DNA of 63,813 nucleotides, counting the filler, from Asterionella formosa (Eukaryota), in the NCBI GenBank assembly GCA_002256025.1. It is 2 parts of 2 records of this genome, joined end to end, with 100 filler letters (N's around TTAATTAATTAA, not from the genome) between each part and the next. Parts side by side here need not be neighbours in the genome. Positions count along the whole stretch, not along the records: positions 31,973 to 63,813 come from NKIB01000572.1; 1 more part is not named here. One strand, written 5' to 3'. Numbering within the stretch: the first letter of the stretch is position 1; every line of letters begins with the position of its first letter. The translations under genes and the position numbers were made by a program. Shown one piece after another: positions 36,028 to 47,808 of this stretch. The notes beneath the pieces are model-generated. The model was given only the letters and a program-made list of their open reading frames with translations, made no database searches and was not told where the DNA came from.

Positions 36028-37772
36028 CTAATATGTCCAACTGAGTGTTCGTCGAACACCGATATTTTTACCAACCTTTTTATTCTTTTCAACTGCATCA
36101 ACCACCTTGAAGGCACCATCATTTCGATTCGGTGCAATCACTTCAAACCCCTCCCCTGTGCCGGCTTTTTGTCTTTCATTCTTCTTTTGAGGAACGACTG
36201 TCGTTCCCAGTGGAATTAAGTATGAAATGGGCTCCCACGCTTTCTCAGAAAAGTCACGTGTCTTAGCCCCAGCATCTGCCAAGTTCATGAACCACTGAGG
36301 AATTTCATTTGCCATCACGCCCAATCGCAAGGAGGCGTCCTTGGCGAAAGTACAACAATTCTTACGCAATAAATCATAATCCATTCCATGATATTCAGAC
36401 GCCATTTCTTTCATGACATCGCGACCATCTAAATATGATGAAACTTCGCGATAACTACTTCTGGTGCTTTCCTCCGAATTATTTGTGCTTTTAAGTGCCC
36501 ATTCCGTCTTTTTGACTTGTCGGTCTCCAAAGTCAATCGTTGATCGATACTCATACCCAGGTGAATGCTTCGGCATGCAGGTGAAAACGCCGGTTGATCC
36601 GTGCAACTCATTGGCACCGTACGCGTATTCAATTCCGTTGATCTGCGAAAGTAAAAAAACTAAGTTGCTGCTCTCAAACGACAAAAAATAATAGCTAAGG
36701 TGACACATCCACTGAAACTCACCTCTATGCCGCAATGATAGGCTCCCGTTCCCAGTGCATGCAGTCCATTGTTCATGGCTTGAAAGCATTTTCCAATTGG
36801 AAAGTCGCAACCCCACGGCAGTCGCATCACCGTTTCTTTGTGGATCAAATCGTAGATGTGCAATCGAATCCGATTAATCTTGCGAGTCACCGGCAATTCG
36901 CCACGACGACCATATCGGACAGTCCGTGATAATCTTAGAATAGAATCGTTTAACTGCGGGGGCGAAATAGTCGACGGTCGCGTCAAAGGGATTGGATCAC
37001 TTCTCTTAAGTGACCGAGAGGTGAATGCGTGGTTGGTGACATTGGTATCGTCACGACTACTCAATAAAATGTCGTCTGAACCAGGCATCGAAGACTCTAA
37101 ATTACTTTGCGGAGGAGGAGGTGGTGGCAGACCTACTCTAACATCGGAATAGCGGTCTTCGTGACCGTCATCATCCTCGTCGGCGCTAGTGCCGGTTCGA
37201 TCGACCGACCACGAACCTGGATCGACTTCTTTTGGCTTTTCACCCGTTGGCGGCTGATGCAAAGGGTCAGTGTTTTGTTTCATGAGTCGGTATTTGAGTC
37301 GCTCTCGCAAGCTAGACTTTCCAGGCGAACTCAAGGTGGAAAGAGTTTCGTGAGGCGGAGACCTCTCGTCCCAATTTATGGATACCATGAGTGCCTTCTT
37401 CCTTGTTAGCCATTCTTCTGCTTCTTGCTCGTGTGAGTTTGCCGATTCCGTAGGTATGGATGTGTACTTGTCTTCGAATTCTTCGAAACTAGTAGCGTCT
37501 GCGATGCCGTTTGTGTGGTCTACGAATCCTTCTTTTCCGTCTTCTCCTCCTCTGTCATTGATAGTAAAACGAGATAACAACTCGTCGATTAGTTGCTCTT
37601 TCGAGCTCCCGGAGGTACTTGGGGTTGTGCTGAGCGAGTCTGATCTCGAGGGTATGAGATGCTCTCGCGGCTTCGGCGAAATGGTTGTATCCATAGTGTA
37701 TTGCCCTGACTGTCTTCTCTTCTTGGAATGTATTGATGACGGTGAGCTGCTCTCAACCTGTATCAACGACAT
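36028..37772 (-). CDS. PPPDE/DeSI family peptidase (DESI2-like) with long disordered N-terminus (exons 37772-36723, 36642-36028)
   Basis: LHIYDL, GAYHCGIE|INGIEYAYG, GVF..P, YDLLRKNCCTFA, IPQW..NLA; intron 36643-36722. Confidence 0.9.
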
Positions 37773-38258
37773 CAGGTTGATCAGATGTGATGGAGATGCA
37801 AGTTGTGTCGTTAGATGTTTTATATGCGTTGGCGGGAAAGCAAGGCATGCATTCTCTCGAAAGCCGTTGCTGGCGTGGGGGGCAGCAGGGCAACATGTTA
37901 GGCAGTGAGTATTAGTTGCCTGCATGCGCGGGAAATTTTCAACGCAGAAGGAGTATGTAAGTGACGGTTACCCCCAACCACAGGCATCCAAACATTGGAT
38001 AGTAAATGTATTCCCGGTTTAAAACCCTAATGTCCGTAGGATATGTATTCCCGGTATTACATAGGACAATGATGTGACCGGCCTTGGCTATCGAAATTAT
38101 TGCCGACGACTGTACATTGGCTAATGGTACTTTTTTACGGTACGGAGTACCTGGTAGTGTAGAGTACCAGTACCTTTTACCGGAACCTGTCGTGCAGTTA
38201 CATATGTATGATAGTAAATACCGGTTGTATTCTTGAATTATAATATCAGTTCAGTCTA

Positions 38259-38410
38259 CCGGACAAAGTACCAGGATTCTGTCCACCTCCACCTGACACC
38301 GGTATTTGAGAAAATGATAACATGTTGATCATACACGGTGACGCTAGTGATTTTCGGTTGAAGTTTAAGTGAAGATCACCTTCACGGCGTTTTCCTGGAC
38401 GATTGTCCGG
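38259..38410. mobile_element. 152-bp MITE-like element with CCGG termini flanked by TA
   Basis: TA|CCGGACAAAGTACCAGGA ... TCCTGGACGATTGTCCGG|TA. Confidence 0.55.
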
Positions 38411-39229
38411 TACCGTCTGGTAATAAATAGATCGTAGTAGCATCCTACCGCCAAAGGCTAAATTAATTTATGAAATCCTGTATTGTGTACACGGATAAGT
38501 TTTTCGTGAGTTCTATAATGGCGCGACAGGAGTTTGCAAGAATGGAATCCAACTGTATGTTTGCGCAGTTGGCAAGCAACAGCGTGACAAAGTCCAAAGC
38601 ATTGAAACAAAGAATTTTTGTGGTGTGGTAGGCAACCAGCCACCATGGCTTTTTTGTTGCATATATTTATACAGGGTAAAGGGTTCTGTCCTCCCTCCTC
38701 TGGGACCCTCTGGGAGAAAGCAATTGTGTCAATTCTTAAAATTTCTCCAGTAGCATTTTTTTCTCCTATGATTTTCTCCGGTTTCTTTGCCCTAATGTGC
38801 ACCTTGCGCTTAGCTACAGGTTCATGCATAATGTATATGTAATTAATTTAAAATTGACAACTTTGTTTCAAAAAATTCGTTTTTGACCTTTTTTGATTTT
38901 CACTTATGGCCATCTCAAGCAAAATGCAGATGCATGAGGACCCAGTTTTCTTTGAACAACCTATTCCCTAAATACATACAAAGTAGGATATAACAGTGGA
39001 ACAATGGTAACTTGCCTTCGACCATGGAATGCGCAACTGCGAAAGTGGCAATGATGGGAATAGGAAAATGACGGTATGAACCCATTATATGTTTGGTGGT
39101 ATGGTCCATGTAAGTGCAACAACTGTATAATGTTTATGATACAACATGTGCCCTATTCATGTTATAATAATCATAATGACATGCATGTTGTATTCAGTTT
39201 CCCGCAAATAAAATAGTGAACAGCACTGG

Positions 39230-39860
39230 AAAGCAGATTGATTTGGCCTTCTGGAAGGGCTGTTGCAGCTCCTGTACTTCAACCCTCTCATGGCCTCTCC
39301 AACTCCGCCCCGGTCAGGCGTGCTGGGCCATCTGGCGCCATATCCCATCCCAATATTCACGGTCAAACCCCGCTCCTCTTTCCTTTGACCCCAAAATCGC
39401 CTCTCTCACTGGCTACCTACTGGCCCCTCACATCAAAAATGGCCAAGCAGCAGGCATCCTTGGAGTTTCATATGCTCTACGCACAGTGCTTCACTTTCAT
39501 ACTAACCTCCTTGCTTGCTCCCTCTTCCCCATACTTGGCTAACCTTCACAGAGACAATGAGGCCCTAGTAGTTAAACGCAACGGACGAATACGGCCTCCA
39601 GTCCTGGGAAAACGAGGAGTCTGACCCCATCTAGCCCCTGCCGATACCAATCTTGACAGACTCCTTAGCAACCTCTGCCCACACTGCGTTTACCATTCAA
39701 AGCCAAATAGGCAACATCCCCTCCATGGTCACTTAGCTCTAGCCTGGGGCGAAACCATGACCATCTATCATAATCAACGCTTCCCAAAAAAATCCTTCAC
39801 CTCCGCTCAGTGGACTTGTCCAACATTGAAAAGTCTATGAGTCTATGCCTCTGATGGTAC
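39230..39860 (+). mobile_element. LINE RNase H-like fragment, opposite orientation to the LINE body
   Basis: Strand bias flips; broken frames read AGILGVSYAL, LHRDNEALV, LAPADTNL; boundaries approximate. Confidence 0.45.
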
Positions 39861-39879
39861 TTGTGCATTGGGCGCGGGT

Positions 39880-42800
39880 AAATGAGGTTACAGAGGGGGG
39901 GTATGCGATTGAGGGACTCCACAGAGCCATGAAAGCGGTGTAGATATCTGTGTGTGAGAGTGGAGCTTTCGATATATTGGTGGTCCAGATTGAGGCTTGG
40001 TCAAGACGATAAGTATATTCTTGGAGAAAGGAGCCATCTGGGGCGACACGAACGCCAAGTGAGCATTTGCCAATGGAACATTCAATTCTTGGGATAGAAA
40101 AACTGGAAAGAGAGCGGCTGACATAAAGAGATTGATTTCGGGGGAGTGGAAATTGGCATGAAGGGTGGGCTTACCGATGTTATCCCAAGACCATTCTATC
40201 AGATAAAAGAAAAAAATTTGAAGCGCAAGAGCTCTGTCACTAGCAAACAGAAGGCTTTCCCAGTGTTGGGCGACCTTTTGCATGGATGAAACAAGGGCAG
40301 GGCTGCTAGAGAGGGTCTTGGATGTGATCCAAAGATCCGTATCGTCTACAAATGCCTCCCCTGGGCGGTTGGAGTGGCGGAAAGAGCAAGGACAATGGGC
40401 GGGAAAGCCATTAGTGAGGGTGGAAAGAGCTTGGAGGAGCACATTGCTCACGCACATTCATATACAGGGGTCAGCGCCACTGCCCTGCAGAACTCCCAAA
40501 ATGAGAAGAGTGCTGGTGGTGGTGAAATGGGCTGATGAGACACCATAAGCTGTCTGAACAAAAGAATTCATAGCAAAAATGATGGCAAGCATGCAGGTGG
40601 CAGCTGAAGAGGGCATTCCAACACGTTCTGTGGCCATGAGACTGAGAGAGGGAATAATTCGGTTGTAGCAAGCTTTGGTATCATTGTTAAATGTAGTGGC
40701 GCAAGAGTGGCGGAGGCAAATGTAGCTAGTCATAGGAGATAATCTTGAGGAGAATAGCGCATAGGCAGCTGGCACAAGGAAGATTGCCAAAGTTCCATCG
40801 AGTCAGAGCAAGCGCTGTGATGGAGAGCATGATAAACTAGGCGTCTACCCCATAGAAGGCAGAATGCTAAATTCATGTTGGGCTCAAGTAGTTGAATTAC
40901 TTGGAGGCGGGTGATGAGAGGATTGCCACTGTCTTTCTCAAGCATGACCTGGATGGCGGTAAGCCAATGAGTGGGGGCAAAACCAAATCGAGATGGGAGA
41001 GTAATCGTGAAGGCAAGAAGAGTCGATATGGAGTCATCCCTGGCTAGAACCTTGTAGTGGGTTAAATGACAACCGGATGGGCTGGAGGCAGTATTTTCGG
41101 AAGTGTTTTGAAATTCGGATTGGAAATCCTCCATTGTGATAGTTATATCAATTGGGTCTATGCCCTGGAGGGAGGCTTGGACAGACATAGTTTGAGAAAA
41201 AGGCTGACTTCCAAGATGGGATCTATTGATGTTGTGTCAAAGGTGCTGCCACAGAGAATGAAGTCCGTGAGATGGTTTCGAGAGAATGGAGGGAGAAGAG
41301 TACTAAGAAGGTGGCCACTTGCACCAGGAGATGAAGCGGCTTGACTGAAATGTTGGATATTTTGGGCTATAATTGCATCAAATAGTAGGAGGGCAGGGTT
41401 GGAGAGGGAGGTGGTCTGGCCAGTGGGAAAACCACCTTGAAAGAGGGTAATTTCAACCTGTTGAAGAGTGGAGTGGTGATATCCTTTGTCATGCTGCCTT
41501 AGTTTTTGGAAGGTGCGTCTGACCTCTTCGGCTTTTCTAATGTTGTTTAGAGCGATTTCGGCAGTGGAATCAGAGTGCCTGGAGGCATGTTCGGCCTTCT
41601 CTTCAAGATGGGCAGCTCGGAGAACATCTGCTTTGACTTGACACTCATCGAGGGCAAGCAAGACAGGTGGAGCGTAAGGCATTGAGAGAGTATTGGGGGT
41701 TGTGGCGGTTGAGAAGGATAGTAGTAGGTATGTTGGGATGGGGATGGGAGGATGGCTTATTGAGACTCCTTGCAAGGGCACCATCGCCAAAGTTCTGGCA
41801 ATCGAAGTGATGTTTCTTCCAGAATAGATAATTTTGACCATGGAGCATGAGGGCGGGTGACCAGGGATAGACATAGGACGAGGCATGAGCAGAGCGTTTT
41901 TCCGCATGGAGAAGGGCAGCAGTGATATCTCGGTCTATCAATTCATATAGAGTTGGATGACTGTGCGGGGAGCATTGGTGGTGCTGAGATGGGCAAGATA
42001 TGTGTAGCAGGAGAAGACCTGGTGAGCAAATGTTGAGGTAGTGGTGGAAAAAGGAAAGATATCATTGGCACTGCTCCTCTGGGTTGCGTAGTCGAAGGAG
42101 TCATTGGCTGGGGTCAGTTGGGGGGTCAGTGGAGCTATCCTGGAAGAGCATGTGTTCATCAAGGTCGACATAAATAGCATGGTGGTCGTCGCTGAATGGG
42201 CTTTGTTCATAGCTCAGAATACCACCTTTGCAAACTGCACATAGAAAGAGTGTAGTTCCAAAAATAAAATCGATGCGGCGACCTTTGAAAGAAGTGGAAG
42301 CTGAAGGGGGAAGGGAGGTGTGCAAATCTGTGAGGGAGCATTTCCTCATAAAGGACTGTATGTCAGGATCAGTGTGGAGAGAATTTGCGTCCCACATGAG
42401 GATGATTTCTTAATTGTTGGACTTGCCAGGAGGTAATGGTGGTAGTGGAATCAGAGCAAGGAGGAGTGGAGGAGACATTGCGGTGTTTGGGTTCAGAGAG
42501 GGTGCATTGGTCGCTGTGGCTGGCGCCAGAGTTGCGATTGGACTTGGAGCAGGTGAGGGGAGGGAGTGCTGGAGAGTCGGAGTCTCCATATGGGGTGTAC
42601 TGTAGCAGAATGGAGAGAGTGTTTGTGGAGTGGAAGGGAAGATCATCTAGAGTTTGATGTGATTGATGATGATCTAAGGCATGCCAGACACTAGCTGATG
42701 AAATTGTAGGGAATTGTGTCTTTAAGATGGGGTACAGAGTTACGATGAAGAACTCAAGGTAATTTACATTGGCAAAGTGAGTGCAGAGGTAAAGAGCTGA

Positions 42801-44200
42801 GGGATCAGAGGCATCAGTTTCAATGCTGCAAAACAAATATTTCGTCCCTGGAGATGGTTCTGAAAAACTGAGTAGGGCGCTTCCAAGAGTTTTGTGGGAG
42901 TCGGGAAAAAGATGGGTGAGTGGCAGGAGACTGGTGACTTTAATGGCCTCTTAGTTGTTGTTCTTGAATCTTGGAGGCATAGGTTTGGTCGGAGAGTCCC
43001 AAAATTTTTGGAGACAGAAAGATCATGTACCTTGGAAGGGATACTGAGAGGAGAATTTAGTTTGTTCCTTTGGGGAGAGAACGTCTTGAAGCATGCGGCT
43101 GGCACAAGATTGATAGGGAGGAGATGTGCAGATAACAATCGCATGGGCTTTTAGTATGGTGGGGTAACTGCTGGGGCCATCTACTTGGCACCACAGACAG
43201 AAAAAGGGGAGAGGAATGCTTAAGTGAGAGTGGGCTAGTGTAGAAAGTTGTTGCTGGAGGGAGATGCGGTTCATTTTATGATAAGAAAATAAGAGCCAAC
43301 CACACTCAACCGGAAGGTCACCATGGAATTGATCAATTCTTATGAGCCATTGATTGTGCGCCAATGAAAGGGAAGGAATTAGAGTTAGTATGGGTTGGCA
43401 TGTGTTGAGATGGATTCTTCCTTTGACAGATCGTTCATCGAGAGTTCTTCCCCCATGGAGAAGAGAGGTAAAACTGTTGAGCCCTATGAAATGTTGTACT
43501 AGGGAAGTTACAGAGGTGGGGAATGAAGAATCGGAGGCAAGAACTTTGTTGGGTTTACCCGAGACAGAGTTGAGAGTGGCATAATGGTGATAAAAGAATA
43601 GCGCTGTGAAGAGAGATCGGACTGTGTCCGCTTTCTCAGAGGAAGAGTAATTCGTTGGGACTGGTATGATTGGTATGATGTGGGACAGTGGGACTCGGAA
43701 GAAGAGCCAGATGGAGTGAAAGGCTCCTGATGGTGGAGCAGGGAATGGTGGTTCGGGAAGCTCAGCAACGTGAGTAGTGGACGTGTCGTCTGAAGATTCA
43801 GCAGAGGTTCCCATCTTGGGGGGTGCCAGAGAGAGGTAGGAGGAATCGATAGCATCGGTATTGGGTGTGCGCTTTTTGGTCGCTTTTTGTGGGAGGATGC
43901 CACTGAACAGTTGACAGAGGCGGTAGTCGGGAGAGTTGGGGCTGCAGCAGGAGAGGCAGGGATAGGAGAATGGCGCTTGAAGTAAGCACCAATAGAGGGT
44001 TGTGCCAAAAGTTGATTCTGTTTCAATGGGAAGAGCTGAGTTTGAGGCGAGTTGTTGGATTTCTGTTTGGCGAGGGCGAGCTGTTGGAGGGAGGAAGGGA
44101 GTGGGGAAGGGCGGAAACAGCGGCGCCCAAAGTGGGCATGGTGAACAGCGGCGTGAGCAGAAAAAGGCGTGTAGCAGCGTCCGTAGACCCAATACTAGAC
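39880..44200 (-). mobile_element. Decayed non-LTR retrotransposon (Ambal-like): ORF1, APE endonuclease, reverse transcriptase
   Basis: APE: WDANS, RRIDFIFG, SDDHHAIYVD; RT: SSPSG.H..HYK, MLEK..G, NDTKACYNRI, GVLQGSG, AFVDDTD; many frameshifts. Confidence 0.9.
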
Positions 44201-45057
44201 AAGTTATATTATTGTTATAGTTAAAAAATTTTAAAGATATGTATGCTATCAATATATATATGCATGCTAAATTGTTTTCGAATAATTTATTTAGATGCTA
44301 ATATTTTAATGAGAGATAACGAGTTTATACTCACGTCTAAATAATTAATTAGAAAAAGCATTTTTCGAGTAAGCCGAACCTCACATAGAGAAATGGTACG
44401 TTTTCTAGGTAATCCATCCTAGCTAGAAATAAGTTCCTTGGCACTTGAGTTGCTGCAAATTGACGCAATTGTTTTCGCCCAGAGGGAGTACCAGGTGCCT
44501 GCAAATTGCGGTAATTTTGCTTGTTCATGTACATATTCCCAAAACCAACAAATATTTCCCAACTCGGCAGCCATTACTTAGAGATCAATGAATAAAACTT
44601 CTGACAGTTTGCACCCTCCAGCCGTATAAAGACGACTGGACAAAATTTGATAAATTCGATAATTAGGGAATGGCAGGTTCTCACGAATTATAATTTGGGG
44701 TTAAAGTACTTTAGGGACTATTTTAGTTTCTGCAAATGGACTCTTCTTTAAGCAATTCTACCTTCAAGCAACATTTGACTACTTCAACTTGATAAACGTA
44801 GTTCTTAATTTATTTGTACATGCTGCCTACGTCACTATGGCAGAAAAAATGAGTTACCGGAACACTCCTGTCAGCACATGGCTTGCCAATCATAGACCGG
44901 GTTTCACATGTACCGGTATATAGGAATGGGCTACTGCACATCACGATTATAGGGCATTGCTGGTAGTTTTGATGGCATACCGGAAAGCTATGTCAAGAAT
45001 ATAGTATTGTCAACTGCTATTATGAGTCACGAGAATTTTGGACTCGAATACAATCCA

Positions 45058-45167
45058 ATGAATCAAATTGAGCATTCCCATGTCAAGAAAGTAGCTAACA
45101 TGATTGATGTTTCAGATCAATCAGATGAATCAAATGGAGCATTCCCATGTCAAGAAACTAGCTAACA
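45058..45167. repeat. 43-bp direct repeat x2 (period 67)
   Basis: ATGAATCAAATxGAGCATTCCCATGTCAAGAAAxTAGCTAACA at 45058 and 45125. Confidence 0.9.
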
Positions 45168-45984
45168 GATCAATCAGAAGAAGGTTTGTATCCTCAGAGA
45201 AAAGAAAGGAACACAAATAACAGATTCTCAAAGTGTGATGAATGGGATTGAAACTAGGTTTTTAGAATAAGCTCATAAATTTAAGAAACAGTGAGAATGA
45301 CAGAGAAAGGTCAATAGCGAAAACTAGCGAGAAGGCTAGCAATGATAGATATAAGTTCTAGTAATATCTACAACAGGTAAGTGCTACAAAAGGAGATACC
45401 CACATGAGGGAAGGATTACGAAGCCTTTAAAAGTGCTTCACATTTGTCGGCTTTCATGAGGACTGCATCCAGATTGCGAATTCGCAATCTATCAATTCTC
45501 AGTAGATAAAAACCTAACTGTTTCACATCTTTAGCTTCGATTATTCATTTTATAGTTAACTTCATTTATGAAGCGCCTTAAGACTACTCAAGTGTTAGTA
45601 GGGTAGCCTGCGTGGCGCTTCCTTGCATTGACAGCCTAGGTTGTATAAAAATCTTAGCCTACCCAGTATCAACCCAGCAAACATGGTGACTTTGGGCACT
45701 GCAAGGCGGGGAAAGGGTGGATACACTCTCTCGAATGAGAGTAGGGGAAATTATGTGCTGTAAGTGCCATATTCTGGCACTGGTGAGTTAATCTGTCCCC
45801 ACATCTTGATGACTGAGGAGAAGGCAGATGGCTTGGTTTGATCTTTTAATGAGGCATTTATTTGCCTTCCATGTGATTGCCTTGCCTTTAGTGGTATTTA
45901 TGGCAGACTCTGATAATATTGTGCAGCTTTGGTATCTGTTTGGATCAAAATGAAATGTGGTGACATGATCATCATGACTCTTCT

Positions 45985-46450
45985 TAAATGAATAATGCAT
46001 CTTATTCCAACAATTTTGTCAAGCTTGTTGAGTTTCTTGTTGTTTCTGTTGATTCTTTCATGTGTTTCTAGCTCATTGCATACACTGTAGTTATTGTGTT
46101 GCTCAAGGCGCTGGTGCATAACCACTTTCAATGCCATTACCATTGACAGATGCACTCTTCAATTGAATGATGCATGTTGTTGCATTCCATTCATTTTTAT
46201 CAAGCTCCCTGAGTTTCTTGTTGTTTCTGTTGATTCTTTCATGTATTTGTAGATCATTGCATACGCTGTAGTTATTGTGTAGCTCAAAGCGCCAATACAG
46301 ACCCGCTTCCGATGCCAGGACATCGACAAATGCGCTCTTCAATTGAATGATGCATGTTGTTGCATTCCATTCATTTTCATCAAGCTCCTTGAGTTTCTTG
46401 TTGTTTCTTTTGATTCTTTGATATGATTGAAGCTCATTGCATACAGTGTA
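45985..46450 (-). repeat. ~180-bp tandem repeat x2.6 encoding a 60-aa unit; frameshifted ORF 46103..46513
   Basis: YSVCNELQ.HERINRNNKKL.ELD.NEWNATTCIIQLKSA repeated; third copy in another frame. Confidence 0.85.
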
Positions 46451-47808
46451 GAGATTTGGTAACAAGGGAGGTCTGATTTGATTGTGCGGCTGTAAATATA
46501 CATCGCCCTCCATGGTTAGAGGGGGTGCTTACCAGTGCTAGTAGGATCGCTGTGATAGTACTAGCTTAGTTTCTTTTGTTTACATTTGGATGCTTTGACA
46601 AAATTGTGTTTGATTATTCATTTTACTCCTGTATCATAGTCGTCGTTGTTTTGTAGCTACCGTAAAAGTGTGGTGTCTGCTCACAGCATCATTGTTTACA
46701 AATTGTGAATCTCTAAATTGCATTTTTAAAAATGTGCCATTGGCAACTTCAATTTTCGTTGTCAATATCAGTGTTATTAGGATTATTCTTTTACGATTGT
46801 ACTGTCATGTTGTGTTTGATATATGCATCGAATAGGAAAGCGTTATTTCCACTTTTCGTCCAGATATTCACTATTTTCATCATGGTCAATGCTGCAACAA
46901 CATGATGATGATGATGGATTCTCCAGCCGCTTGCAACTACAGCTACTGCTTCACTATATCGTATTCTATATTCAAATGAATAGCATTATTTCAATTAAAT
47001 ATTTATATTCCAGAGCAAATGCATGCTACCTCGTTTACTTCATACCCTATGCATGAATCTAGCCATACGTAATATATATATAAATGCAATAAAGTGAATT
47101 GTTCACTTCATTTTACATGTGATAACTGGTATTCAGTATAATTGGCTACTGTATTACTACATCGGTTGTAGGTGGGAGCAACGCCAGCTGTGATGAAATG
47201 ATGATGTCACAATAAGAAAAATTGCTACTTTTAGCAAACCTACTTAAGGCAAAATGGTCCTAAATTAGGCAAAACCAACAGCAGCAAATGGCAGAATAAG
47301 CAAAACAGAGTGGTCTCAATATTTTAGGCTAAATGAGTTTGAAGCTCAAAATATATTTGAACAACACACTGGCCAGGTTGGTTTTCCAAATGGATATCAA
47401 GAAGAGACACAGGTATTGATTTGGAATTGGAATAGAGTATTGCAGCAAAATTACTGCAACCTGCTGGTATTCACCCTGTTACCAGTACATTGGGCAGGAG
47501 GTCCGGGTTGCCTGTTGGGAGCAAAAATCGTCTTCTTGCTGTCACCCACCTCCTTTTTTTGCATTGTTGCATGGCGAAACCTTACATACACAACTATTGC
47601 ATTATTTTAGAACCTTTCATCACAGAGGATGTAGGCATGATCTTATGACATTCAATTAAAATAGTCTGTCCCATCAGGGCATTTAACATATCAGACACAA
47701 CTCCCAGATTACGCCTATTCACGATAGGTGGTAGAAGTTTCCTTCATTGTTTCAAAAATTCATTGAATTGTTGAGGTTCTTAGTGGTGTTTACATGCAAC
47801 GCTCATCA

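Larger units (their letters stand above)
38704..44488. mobile_element. Stowaway-like (Tc1/mariner) MITE copy 1, split by a LINE insertion
   Basis: TIRs CCCTCTGGGAGAAAGCAATTG / CAATTGTTTTCGCCCAGAGGGAG|TA; 38704-39230 and 44235-44488 are colinear with 50866-52374. Confidence 0.75.
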
